DNA from: Squalus acanthias
Taxonomy: Eukaryota
Assembly: GCA_030390025.1 (NCBI GenBank)
Contig: JASTWF010000364.1
Coordinates: 186,001-250,000, forward strand
Direction of reading: 5' to 3'
DNA: 64,000 nucleotides
The notes under the pieces were generated by a model. The model was given only the letters and a program-made list of their open reading frames with translations. It had not been told where the DNA came from and did no database searches. The translations under genes and the position numbers were made by a program. Shown here piece by piece: positions 15,547-26,067 of this stretch. Each line of letters opens with the position of its first letter. Within the stretch, counting starts at the first letter, position 1.

Positions 15547-16120
15547 CTATGTGTTACTGGGTTGAACGCCCTGTACATCCGGTGGTCGAGACCAGTGAAC
15601 ATTTTAAGCGGTATTGATGCTGATTGCGAGCTGCAGAATGCCACGGTGTGTGTGCCTGGGTTAGTGACACTACAATAGTCTGATTGATGTTCTCTCAAAC
15701 ATAAATCCAGACAGGTCGGAAAGCCCCTCTGTGATGTGAAGTGTCCATCGACGCACTGGGATGTGGCTGGGTATACGCCAGGCCGTTCTGGGAATGGCGT
15801 GAAATTGCATTCCGCATTTTTGGGGGAAATCTGATCTGAGCAGGTGTGTTTCACTTTTGAAAAGTCCCAGCTCTCGGTGGGACAGGAATATACAATGTCC
15901 ATGGGATGTGGCCGGTATTCCAACGTAGCAAGCATCCTTACAGATGGTGCGTGTGGCCAGAAAGGGTTTCAGTTTCTCACTGAGCCCTCCTAATCCTCAC
16001 TCTCTCTGTTGTGATCTTTTCAATTTACTTTACATGTTCAAGAAAGTGGGAAGTAACTGAACAGATCCAGGTGTCTGGACTGAAAGTTTATCCTTCCCTG
16101 GGTTTAGATTGCAATCGCTC

Positions 16121-16245
16121 GGAGAGAGAATTAGAGAGATAAATAAACAGATAAATAGAGAGAGAGAGAATTAGATAGAGAGAGAGAGAAAGATAAATAG
16201 AAAGAGAAAGAGAAAGAGAGAAATAGAGAGAGAGAGAGAATAGAG
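16121..16245. repeat. Imperfect (GA)n / purine-rich simple repeat
   Basis: AGAGAG/AGAAAG runs seen directly. Confidence 0.85.
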
Positions 16246-16409
16246 CACTTTTGGGGCCCGGGAGGGCTGTTTGGGCAGAATGGCCTGCACCGAAAGCGGA
16301 GCTCACCAGTGTCCTTGCAGAAAGGGTAATTAGGGCAGTGGGGAAAGATTAAATTGATTGGGGGGGACAGATGGGCAGGGTGGAGACAGTTACCAAGGCA
16401 CGAGTTCTG

Positions 16410-16996
16410 GACACAATGCACGAAGCATAAGAAATAATTCAGTTTAAAGGGTTTGATGTAGCAGCGATTCCAGAGAACTGGCTACAAGCTGGGCATGACT
16501 GGGAGCTTAATATTCCAGACTATCAGATCTTTAGGAAGGACAGGGACATTGGGAAAGGATGAGGAGGAGATATATTACAGCAGGAGAAGGAAGGGATTGC
16601 CGTGAGGGTGATCGGGGAGTGGAATCACTATGGGTGGAGTTCAGGAACAGCAAAGGATACAAGACTTTGGCAGGAGTTGTCTCCAGGTCTGATATTGGTG
16701 ATGTAGTGGGGGTGGGGGGTGTATAAATACTGAAATCAGGGAAGCGTGTAGCAGAAACAATGTGGTTATAATGGGAGGTTTTAATTTTCGCACAGACTGG
16801 GAGAAGCAGACCAGCTCAAGTAGTGAAGACAATGACTTTCTAGAATGCATTCGGGACAGTTTCCCAGAATAATATGTTCTAGAACCAACAAGGGAACAGG
16901 CCACATTAGATTGGTGATGAGTAACAAACTGGCGTTAGTTAATAATCTGACAATAAGGGAACATCCTGCCAATAGTGACCATAATATGACTGAATT
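16410..16996 (+). mobile_element. Decayed CR1 LINE ORF2 5' part (APE endonuclease domain)
   Basis: Frameshifted remnants of endonuclease motifs: gactgggagcttaatattccagactatcagatctttaggaaggacagg (DWELNIP.YQIFRKDR), gttataatgggaggttttaat (VIMG.FN), gaaccaacaaggg (EPTR), agtgaccataatatg (SDHNM). Confidence 0.8.
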
Positions 16997-17380
16997 ATAA
17001 AATTCTTACAGGGCTTGACAGGGTAGATGCAGGGAGGATGTTTCCCCAGGCTGGAGAGTCTAGAACCAGGGGTCACAGTCTCAGGATAAGGGGTCGGCCA
17101 TTTAGGACTGAGATGAGGAGAAATTTCTTCACTCAGAGAGTGGTGAATCTTTGGAATTCTCTACCCCAGAGGACTGTGAAGGCTCAGTCGTTGAGTATAT
17201 TCAAGACAGAGATCGATAGATTTTTGGACTCTAAGGGAATCGAGGGATATGGGGATCGGGCGGGAAAGTGGAGCTGAGGTCGATGATCAGCCATGATCTT
17301 ATTGAATGGCGGAGCAGGCTCAAGGGGCCAAATGGCCGACTCCTGCTCCTATCCTGCTCTTATTTCTTATGTTCTTATAT
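16997..17380 (+). mobile_element. 5'-truncated CR1 LINE 3' end nested in the older CR1
   Basis: ORF 17038-17277 (SRTRGHSLRIRGRPFRTEMRRNFFTQRVVNLWNSLP) is the CR1 ORF2 C-terminus. It is followed by a 3' UTR ending in ttcttatgttcttat. Confidence 0.9.
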
Positions 17381-18345
17381 ATTTGTTATTGGGTTTGAGA
17401 AGGTGAAGGGAGAATCACAAACCAAGTAAAGGTTTTATTTAAGGAAGGCAAACTTCGAAGGGATGAAGAATATTGGCGACAGTGTACTGAGCTGAATAGT
17501 TAACGGTTAAACCGACAAACTGTGGGAAGTATTCAAAGAAGTATTTGGTACGATACAAAACTAGTAGATACCCTTAAAAAGCAAAAGCTCCACTCGTATA
17601 GTTAAGCAATCGTGGTCAACAAGCGAGGTGAGAGACAGCATCATGCTAAAGGTTACAGGGATACAGGGAAATGTTGAAATCCAGCGGACATGGAGAGCTA
17701 GAACAAGAGATACAAAGAAAACAACAAGGTGCAAAGAGGGAATAGGGAAAAACTTGCAAAGGATATCAAAGCTAACAGAAAGTGTGAGGAAGTGATGCGT
17801 CAGTTGTACAGCGCCTTGGTCAGACCCCATCGGGAGTCACTGGGTTCAGTTCTGGGCTCCGCACCTCAGGAAGGATATTGGCCTTGGAGGGATGCCAGGA
17901 CTTAAAGGGTTAAATTGTGAGTACCGATTACATAAGCTTGCTTTGCATTCCCTTGAGTTTCGAAGGTAAAGTGGTGATCTGATTGAAGTGTTTAAAATTA
18001 TAAAGTGATTTGACAGGGTAGATAGAGAGAAACTATTTCCTCTGGTGAGGGGAGTCCAGAACAAGGAGCCAGAACCTTAAAATTAGAGCCAGGCCGTTCA
18101 GGGGTGATGTCAGGAAGCACTTCTTCACACAAAGGGTAGTGGAAATCGGGAACGCTTCCCCCTAAAGGCTGTAGATGCTGGGTCAATTTTCAAGACAAGA
18201 TCGATAGATTTTTTTTGGTTAGGGTATCGAGGGATCTGGAGCAAAGGCCGGTAAATGGAGTTGAGGTACCGATCAGCCGTGATCTCATTCAATGGAGGAA
18301 ACGGCTTGAGGGGCTGAATGGCCTCCTCCTGGTCCTAATGTGCCT
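17381..18345 (+). mobile_element. Continuation of the decayed CR1: linker region joined directly to the ORF2 C-terminus and 3' UTR (RT core absent)
   Basis: Linker remnants aaggcaaacttcgaagggatg (KANFEGM) and aaacttgcaaaggatatcaaagctaac (KLAKDIKAN). At ~17790 these give way to ttgtacagcgccttggtcagaccccat...gttcagttctgg (LY.ALVRPH..VQFW), then ttcttcacacaaagggtagtg (FFTQRVV) and a 3' UTR ending gaatggcctcctcctggtcctaatg. Confidence 0.8.
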
Positions 18346-18347
18346 CT

Positions 18348-18478
18348 AGGAGAGAGAAATAAACAGAGAGTGTGAAAGAAGGACAGAGAGCCTGAAAAAG
18401 ACAGACAGTAAGAGAGACTGAGCAGAGAGGCGTAGAGAGAGACTGAGACAGAGAAAGAGACTGAAAGAGAGAGACAAA
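18348..18478. repeat. Purine-rich GAGA/GACA simple repeat
   Basis: Seen directly. Confidence 0.7.
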
Positions 18479-18480
18479 AA

Positions 18481-18565
18481 ACTGGGTCAAAATCCTGGAA
18501 CTCCAGACCTAAGCGCACTGTGGGAGCACCTTCACCACACGGACTGCAGCGGTTCAAGGGGCAGC
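18481..18565 (+). mobile_element. Short LINE 3'-end fragment (SKSWNS... type)
   Basis: gggtcaaaatcctggaactcc...actgtgggagcaccttcaccacacggactgcagcggttcaag resembles the WNSLP-region C-terminus of a LINE family I recall as common in sharks. Family not verified. Confidence 0.5.
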
Positions 18566-19477
18566 CCAGTGTACTACTGTGCCCAGTTTGTAAGCGGGCA
18601 GATAAATTGAAATTGATTCTTTTAATAGCAGTGAATGGATTGAGTGCAGTGAATCACTTGACCAGACTTTGAACAGCACCGGGTTACCCAGTCAACTCGT
18701 CGCTTTAAAGAATACAATCGGGCAGGGGGAGGGGTGGCAAAGGTCGGCCTGTGTCACAACCTCCTAAATGCTTTTGGGATAGATTTGGCTGTGCAGTAGC
18801 TGCAGCAATGCCCTAAACCCATTGTGTCCCCTATATCCATGGACCACGATCACTGCCATAACACCAGGATAAGGCCCATGGGCACCCTCCCCCTGGAGTA
18901 TGGAGGGGTCGGTGAGAGGCAGCTCACTAGATCAGGTCAGTTGTTGCCTGCGCCAGAGTGCCTGCCTCTTGGGGCACCCACCTGCTTGACTCCGCCACTC
19001 AGGGGTGTCAGAGAGGTTTGAGGTGTCTGGGTCTTGCCCGGAGAAACCTCTCAGCCCCTATCCTCACCTCACAAAAGGGACTGAGAAGATTTCCCTCCTC
19101 GTCGGAGTCCCCGGCCTCTTCCTAAACCTGAAGCCCCCAAACTTCTCTACCCGTCCCTCACCAGGAAGCCCACTTGCACCCTCTAGAGGCTGGTATTCTG
19201 TATTTCACTGGGAATGCTGGTCCTCCAGTCATACATCGGCTACCATGTGGGCCGAGGGAATGGGATCTCCAGTGTAGGGGGTCCACAGCCCTCCCGTCAG
19301 TAGCCATGTAAAACATGGCTTCCATGATCGAGTGGGAGGTTTCAGCTTAGGTCGGGGGGCTGTGTATCGGGTCTCGGCCTATTGCCAAGTCATTCCACCG
19401 GACTCCCAATGAGAATCTTCCAGAACGGCCGAGCAAATTTGGACCCGTTCTTTATGAAATGTTAGTCGGTCTCTGTG

Positions 19478-19566
19478 AATAACGCTCTCGCCTCTGAACC
19501 GAAAGGTTGTGGGTTCAAGCCCCAGTCCAGAGTCTTGAGCCCATAATCTAGGCCGACACACCCGTG
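19478..19566 (+). mobile_element. 5' tRNA-derived head of a SacSINE1-like DeuSINE
   Basis: ctctcgcctctgaaccgaaaggttgtGGGTTCAAGCCC (pol III B box at 19512-19522), then gagtcttgagcccataatctaggccgacac leading into cagtactgagggag. Confidence 0.75.
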
Positions 19567-20340
19567 CAGTACTGAGGGAGTGCTGCACTGTCGGAGGGTC
19601 AGTACTGAGGGAGTGCTGCACTGTCGGAGGGTCAGTACTGAGGGAGCGCCGCACTGTCGGAGGGGCAGTACTGAGGGAGAGCTGCACTGTCGGAGGAGCA
19701 GTACTGAGGGAGAGCTGCACTGTCGGAGGGGCAGTACTGAGGGAGCGCCGCACTGTCAGAGGGTCAGTACTGAGGGAGAGCTGCACTGTCGGAGGGGCAG
19801 TACTGAGGGAGAGCTGCACTGTCGGAGGGGCAGTACTGAGGGAGCGCCGCACTGTCGTAGGGGCAGTACTGAGGGAGCGCCGCACTGTCGGAGGGGCAGT
19901 ACTGAGGGAGCGCCGCACTGTCGGAGGGGCAGTACTGAGGGACAGCTGCACTGTCGGAGGGTCAGAACTGAGGGAGCGCTGCACTGTCGGAGGGTCAGTA
20001 CTGAGGAAGCACTGGACTGTCGGAGGGGCAGTACTGAGGGAGCGCTGCATTGTCGGAGGGGCAGTACTGAGGGAGCGCTGCACTGTCGGAGGGGCAGTAC
20101 TGAGGGAGCGCTGCATTGTCGGAGGGGCAGTACTGAGGGAGCGCTGCACTGTCGGAGGGTCAGTACTGAGGGAGTGCTGCACTGTCGGAGGGTCAGTACT
20201 GAGGGAGTGCTGCACTGTCGGAGGGGCAGTACTGCGGGAGTGCTGCATTGTCGGAGGGTCAGTACTGAGGGAGCGCTGCACTGTCGGAGGGTCAGTACTG
20301 AGGGAGCGCTGCACTGTCGGAGGGGCAGTACTGAGGGAGC
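19567..20340 (+). repeat. 33-bp minisatellite (CAGTACTGAGGGAGCGCTGCACTGTCGGAGGGG), ~23 copies, expanded from an internal SINE segment
   Basis: 11-codon periodicity in the ORF track (STEGALHCRRG). Directly continuous with the SINE head. Confidence 0.95.
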
Positions 20341-21040
20341 TTCTCAAGTCCATGCACCATGTCACCCCACAAAGTAAGTGGAGTCAATCTTCCCCTTCCC
20401 TCCCCCATAGACCTTAATGAAAGAGAACAAGTTTCGTTAACGTTCCCTCCCTGTTCTAAAATCTTCCATTAAACCCACTTCTTCCAATTCAATAATATAA
20501 CACACTTAAACTACATTTTCCACGGTGTAGGGCACCTTAATATCTGTAGTGTGCGTTACAAGTTGAGAAGTTTTACGGGATTTTCCGACAATTCACGGTC
20601 TTAAATATTCCAGCCTCGCAGAAGCGGGAATGGTGGATTATTGCTAGATACAGTTTCACTGCTTCCTGCCAGTGTCCTGCTCCGACAGAAAATTTATTGC
20701 TCCGATCCCCCCTCCCCACCCCCGTCACCAACACCTTCCTCTGAGCCCGTCTCAGTTTGAGCGCGGCTGGAATCTCAGCCCCACCAGTTCGCCGGAGCAG
20801 GGACCACCTGTTCGAGTGACTTCTGAAATATTCCTCGTAAGTGAAGCAGTCACAGAGCTTGCTCCAATTTAATCACATGTTTCGCACAGCGAAAGGGAGG
20901 AACAGACAGACATGCACACACAGCGCTCGGGTGGAACAAGAAATATACAGTCTGACCGAGAGGCTTTCCACTTGGCCACTGTGGCAGCACAATGACACGG
21001 CTGGGAACTTCATTCCCCCAACTCAAGATATACCCCTGAC

Positions 21041-21675
21041 CAATACATAGATACATAGATAGATACATAGAAGAGTACAGCACAGTACAGGCCCTTCGGC
21101 CCTCGATGTTGTGCCGAGCATTGTCCGAGACCAAGATCAAGCTATCACACTCCCTATCACTCTGGTGTGCTCCATGTGCTTATCCAATAACCGCTTGAAA
21201 GTTCCTAAAGTGTCCGACTCCACTATCACAGCAGGCAGTCCATTCCACACCCCAACCACTCTCTGAGTAAAGAATCTACCTCGGACATCCCTTCTATATC
21301 TCCCCCCATGCACCTTATAGTTATGCCCCCTTGTAACAGCTGCCTCTACCCGAGGAAATAGTCTCTGAACATCCACTCTATCTATCCCCCTCATCATCTT
21401 ATAAACCTCTATTAAGTCGCCTCTCATCCTCCTCCGCTCTAAAGAGAAAAGCCCCAACTCCCTCAATCTTTCCTCATAAGACCTCCCCCCCAAACCAGGC
21501 AGCATCCTGGTAAATCTCCTTTGCACTCTTTCCAATGCTTCCACGTCCTTCCTATAGTGAGGTGACCAGAACTGCACACAATATTCCAAATGTGGTCTCA
21601 CCAAGGTCCTGTACAGTTGCAGCATAACCTCACGGTTCTTAAACTCAAACCCTCTGTTAATAAACGCCAACACAG
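21041..21675 (-). mobile_element. 5'-truncated CR1 LINE 3' end, minus strand
   Basis: Intact 178-aa ORF 21137-21673 (LYRTLVRPHLEYCVQFWSP...RGRFFTQRVVGVWNGLP). The 3' UTR ends in a (TCTATGTA)n tail at 21041-21070. Confidence 0.95.
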
Positions 21676-21822
21676 CAATGTTCCCTCTAATTTGTTTTTT
21701 TTGGTGCGCGGTCCCTTTAACTGGCTGCGCGGCCCATTCAAATGTTCACGTGTGTGCGGTTTCTTCCATGTGAAAGCTGGTGAGCGGCCTGAGCGGGACC
21801 TCCAGACCGCTGTGCAGTTGCG
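21676..21822. mobile_element. Possible truncated non-autonomous DNA transposon (hAT-like MITE end)
   Basis: Starts CAATGTTCCCTCTAA, a terminus I recall from vertebrate hAT-type MITEs, followed by a GC-rich gtgcgcgg/ctgcgcgg body. No partner TIR (TTAGAGGGAACATTG) found. Confidence 0.35.
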
Positions 21823-22029
21823 TTTCCCCTGACCCTGGCTGTATTTGCACCTTGCGGGAGGAGGGCTCCTTTGGGGAATCTTGCCAGTCTGGGGGTGTCA
21901 ATATATAATCCCAGGGCATCCCGCAATGACAAAATGAGGTTCGGCCTCAATCAATTCATTCATTTTGAGCAATTAATTAATTGATTTATATACAGTGCTG
22001 TTTATGTATATTTTATTAGTGTTAGATTT

Positions 22030-22465
22030 GTTATAACTATCAGGAAAGACCGAACAGGCTGGGGCTCTTTTCTCTAGAAAAGAGAAGGCTGAGGGGTGAC
22101 CTGAGAGAGGTCATTAAAATTATGAAAGGGTTTGATAGAGTAGAGGTGGAGAAGACGTTTCCACTTGTGGGGGAGACCAGAACTAGGGGCCATCAATATA
22201 AGATAGTCACTAATAAATCCAATAGAGAATTCAGGAGAAACTTCTTTACCCAGAGAGTGGTGAGAATGTGGAACTCGCTACCACAGGGAGTGGTTGAGGC
22301 GAATAGTATCGATGCATTTAAGGGGAAGCTAGATAAGCACATGAGGGAGAAAGGAATAGAGGGATATGTTGATGGGGTGAGATGAAAAGGGTGAGAGGAG
22401 GCTCGTGTGGAGCATAAACACCAGCATGGACCAGTTGGGCCGAATGGCCTGTTTCTGGGCTGTAC
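22030..22465 (+). mobile_element. 5'-truncated CR1 LINE 3' end
   Basis: ORF 22122-22385 (TRTRGHQYKIV...RRNFFTQRVVRMWNSLPQGVVEA). 3' UTR ggaccagttgggccgaatggcctgtttctg. Confidence 0.92.
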
Positions 22466-22900
22466 ATTTGATATATATACAGTACTACAGATTATATAGG
22501 TAATTATATAAAATGCATTTATCTAAAATTGTTTATCTGCATATTTCTACAAAGTACTGTAGTTTATATCGATTTATATATACTGTATCTGTATAATTAT
22601 ATACATTACTGCACTTTATGTCTGTAGATTACTGTTTATTATATCTGTATACAGCACTAGAGTTTATCAATATATGCTGCATCTTTGTGTAATTATATAC
22701 TGCGCAGGAATTTATATATTTCTATATTCTCTGTATGTTTATATACACATTGATGCAGCTTACACATTTATTTACATTTGCTGGCCTAGAAAACCTTCTC
22801 GGGCAGTGGCACAAAGCGGGCAGTATCCAATCAGCCGCCCGTTATACGCAGCACCCAATATTGACCGCAATGGAACTGAATATCATGGGTGGCCCGGAGA

Positions 22901-23585
22901 TGAGGGAGTGCTGCACTGTCGGAGGGGCAGTACTGAGGGAGCGCTGCACTGTCGGAGGGGCAGTACTGAGGGAGTGCTGCACTGTCGGAGGGACAGTACT
23001 GAGGGAGCGCTGCAGTGTCGGAGGGACAGTACTGAGGGAGCGCTGCACTGTCGTAGGGGCAGTACTGAGGGAGCACTGCACTGTCGGAGGGGCAGTACTG
23101 AGGGAGTGCTGCACTGTCGGAGGGGCAGTACTGAGGGAGCGCCGCACAGTCGGAGGGGCAGTACTGAGGGAGCGCAGCACTGTCGGAGGGGCAGTACTGA
23201 GGGAGCGCTGCACTGTCGGAGGGGCAGTACTGAGGGAGCGCTGCACTGTCGGAGGGGCAGTACTGAGGGAGCGCTGCACTGTCGGAGGGACAGTACTGAG
23301 GGAGCGCTGCACTGTCGGAGGGGCAGTACTGAGGGAGCGCAGCACTGTCGGAGGGGCAGTACTGAGGGAGCGCTGCACTGTCAGAGGGGCAGTACTGAGG
23401 GAGCGCTGCACTGTCGGAGGGGCAGTACTGAGGGAGCGCAGCACTGTCGGAGGGGCAGTACTGAGGGAGCGCTGCACTGTCAGAGGGGCAGTACTGAGGG
23501 AGCGCTGCACTGTCGGAGGGGCAGTACTGAGGGAGTACTGCACTGTCGTAGGGGCAGTACTGAGGGAGCGCTGCACTGTCGGAGG
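22901..23585 (+). repeat. Second 33-bp minisatellite of the same unit, ~21 copies
   Basis: Same unit as 19567-20340. Runs directly into the SINE body. Confidence 0.95.
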
Positions 23586-23910
23586 CACCGTCTTTCAGAT
23601 GAGACATTAAACCGAGGCCCCGTCTGCTCTCTCAGGTGGACGTGAACGATCCCATGGCACTATTTCGAAGAAGAGCAGGGGAGTTATCCCCGGTGTCCTG
23701 GCCAATATTTATCCCTCAACCAACATCACTAAAACAGATAATCTGGTGATTATCACATTGCTGTTTATGGGAGCTTGCTGTGCGCAAATTAGCTGCCACG
23801 TTTCCCAACAGTGACTACACTTCAAAAGTACTTCATTGGCTGTAAAGCGCTTTGGGACGTCCGGTGGGGAAAGGCACTGGAGAAATGCAAGTCTTTCATT
23901 TTTTCTTTTT
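23586..23910 (+). mobile_element. Body (Deu domain) and 3' tail of a SacSINE1-like DeuSINE
   Basis: gtctttcagatgagacattaaaccgaggccccgtctg...gatcccatggcactatttcgaagaagagcagggg...cctggccaat matches the Deu-domain core as I recall it. Tail reads gtaaagcgctttgggacgtcc...aaaggc...aaatgcaagtctttc. Confidence 0.85.
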
Positions 23911-24082
23911 ACCACTCATGAATTAAATTCTGTTTATTGTTTCTCTGTATATTTATACAGTGCAACATCTTATACATTTATTTTATAAGTCATGTGTATC
24001 CATTATTGATCTATGTATTTACTGTTTCTGTATTATAAGAAAGATAGAAAGAAACAAAAGAAAGGAAAAGAGAAATAAAAGA

Positions 24083-24172
24083 TAGACTTGCATTTCTCTA
24101 GCACCTTTCAGGATGTCCCAGTGCTCTTCACAGCCAATGAAGTACTTTTGAAGTGTAGTCACTGTTGTCATG
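24083..24172 (-). mobile_element. SINE 3' tail fragment, minus strand
   Basis: agacttgcattt...cagccaatgaagtacttttgaagtgtagtcactgttg is the reverse complement of the tail at ~23806-23896. Confidence 0.8.
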
Positions 24173-24266
24173 CAGTTTCTAAATGCATTTCCTGTTTCTG
24201 TATTATATTTATAACAAGTTCTTTCTTCCTATATAACGGTACAGTTTATCTGAGTTATATTTATTG

Positions 24267-24376
24267 AACATTACAACAGTGACTATACTCCAAAAGTACT
24301 TCACTGGCTGTAACGCACTTTGAGACGTCCGGTGGTCATGAAAGGCGCTATATCAGTGCAAGTCTTTCTTTCTTTA
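24267..24376 (+). mobile_element. SINE 3' tail fragment, plus strand
   Basis: acattacaacagtgactatactccaaaagtacttcactggctgtaacgcactttgagacgtcc...aaaggcgctatatcagtgcaagtctttctttc matches the tail at 23806-23900. Confidence 0.8.
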
Positions 24377-25289
24377 ACAGAATTGCAGATTAAAATGCAT
24401 TGATATGCCTGGTGTTGGTTCATTTGCACACAGCACTAGTTGATGTACAGTGGGGTAGAGTTTCTGTTTTGGGTGCAATTCTGAAATTATGCCCAAATTG
24501 CGCTGGGAAGGTTACGCTTCAATTTGCTGCTAAAATTCTTTGTATAATCACAAACGTAAAATCTTCATGAGCCAGCGTAATCGAATGGAATCGTTTCTTT
24601 TCTTCTATTACCAAGTATTCCCTGATGTGTTTAAGAGCGGTAACCTGGTGCAGTTTTACTAATTCAGCTGAAAATGGGTTTATCACAAACAATAAGCCCT
24701 TTAATCAGGGTATCCAGTCCTCCGCCCAAATCACTGACAATGACTTTTGTAAAAAATACTATACTGAACCATTTAATAGTTTCATTGCTGTATACTGGTC
24801 AGTTTCTTAATAAATTAAAATATATTTTGATAAGAAAATACTTTTAAAACGTGCTGACTAGTGCCTGTGCACCGAAGGGAATGAACGCAATTGGAAGAGC
24901 CGTTCCGAACCAACGCAATTGGTGGAATCTCCCAATCTTGGCCAGGGGGGGCGTGGGCAGGGTTGTGGGTGGGGCCTGATCTGGGTGAAATGAATCTTGA
25001 ACCAATGAATAGATCGTGGAAAACACGAGCGTAACTCACCCACGTTTAAAGTTCCCCAAGCTTTTCCATTTGTTCGGCCAATTCCACTCGGATTGCGCTG
25101 ATATTACTGGCGGAAACAAGCAGGAACTAGAGCCCCGTATGTTCATACACGCTACAACGCAGTAACTGCGCCATGTGTGCCTGTGCATGTCTATATGTTG
25201 GGGTTCAAACCTCTCTCATGCTCTATGAAGGGCTCTCCTGCACCGACTCACTTGGTTTTCAATAGGAAGCTCCCGTGTTTCAAAGTTCT

Positions 25290-26067
25290 CTCAATCTTCC
25301 AAAGTTCTCTCGATTCAGGAACCGTCCCTTTAGATTGGAAAATTGCACATGTCACTCCGCTATTTAAGAATGGCGAGAGAGGGAAACCAGGGAATTATAG
25401 CCCAGTTAGCCTAACATCTGTTGTGGGGAAATTACTAGAGTCTATAATTAAGGATTGGGCGACTGAACACCTTGAAAATTTTCAATTGATCAGAGAGAGC
25501 CAGCATGGATTTGTGAAAAATAGGTCATGCCTGACAAACCTGTTTGAATTTTTTGAAGAGGTGACTAAAGTAGTGGACAGGGGAATGTCTATGGTTGTTA
25601 TTTATATGGACTTCCAGAAGGCATTTGATAAAGTCCCACATAAGAGACTATTAAATAAGGTAGAAGCCCACGGAATTGAAGGAAAATTATTGACCTGGGT
25701 TGGAAATTGGCTGAGCGGCAGGAGACAAGCAGTAGGAATAATGGGCAGGTACTCAAATTGGCGGGATGTGTCCAGTGGTGTCCCGCAGAGATCTGTGTTG
25801 GGGCATCAACTATTCACAGTATTTATTAATGACCTAGATGATGGCCTAGAAAGTCATATATCCAAATTTGCCGTTGACACAAAGATAGGCGGCATTGTAG
25901 ACAGTGTAGATGGAATCATAAAATTACAAAGGGATATTGATAGATTAAGTGAATGGGCAAAAATGTGGCAAATGGATTTCAATGTAAGCAAATGTGAGGT
26001 CATCCACTTTGGACCTAAACAGGATAGAACAGGGTACTTTCTAAAAGGTGAACAGCTAAAAACAATG
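25290..26067 (+). pseudogene. CR1 LINE reverse-transcriptase fragment (open frame, catalytically dead)
   Basis: Translates as IFQSSLDSGTVPLDWKIAHVTPLFK...QHGF...SCLTNL..FF...DFQKAFDKVPH...GVPQRSVLG...KFAVDTK...WQMDFNVSKC. The expected KFADDTK is KFAVDTK (GTT at 25873) and GVPQGSVLGP is GVPQRSVLGH. Truncated at both ends. Confidence 0.93.

Noticed and set aside
15510..15935. 141-aa minus-strand ORF and overlapping 126-aa plus-strand ORF
   Set aside because: No recognisable domain. The plus ORF is largely L2 sequence in shifting frames.
19478..19530. tRNA gene
   Set aside because: Only a B box and partial arm are present; this is the tRNA-derived SINE head with no complete cloverleaf.
19379..23645. 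250-330-aa mucin-like or repeat ORFs (STAPPTVQRSL, STEGALHCRRG, DSAALPQYCPS)
   Set aside because: The 33-bp unit is a multiple of three and is open in several frames on both strands. It is SINE-derived.
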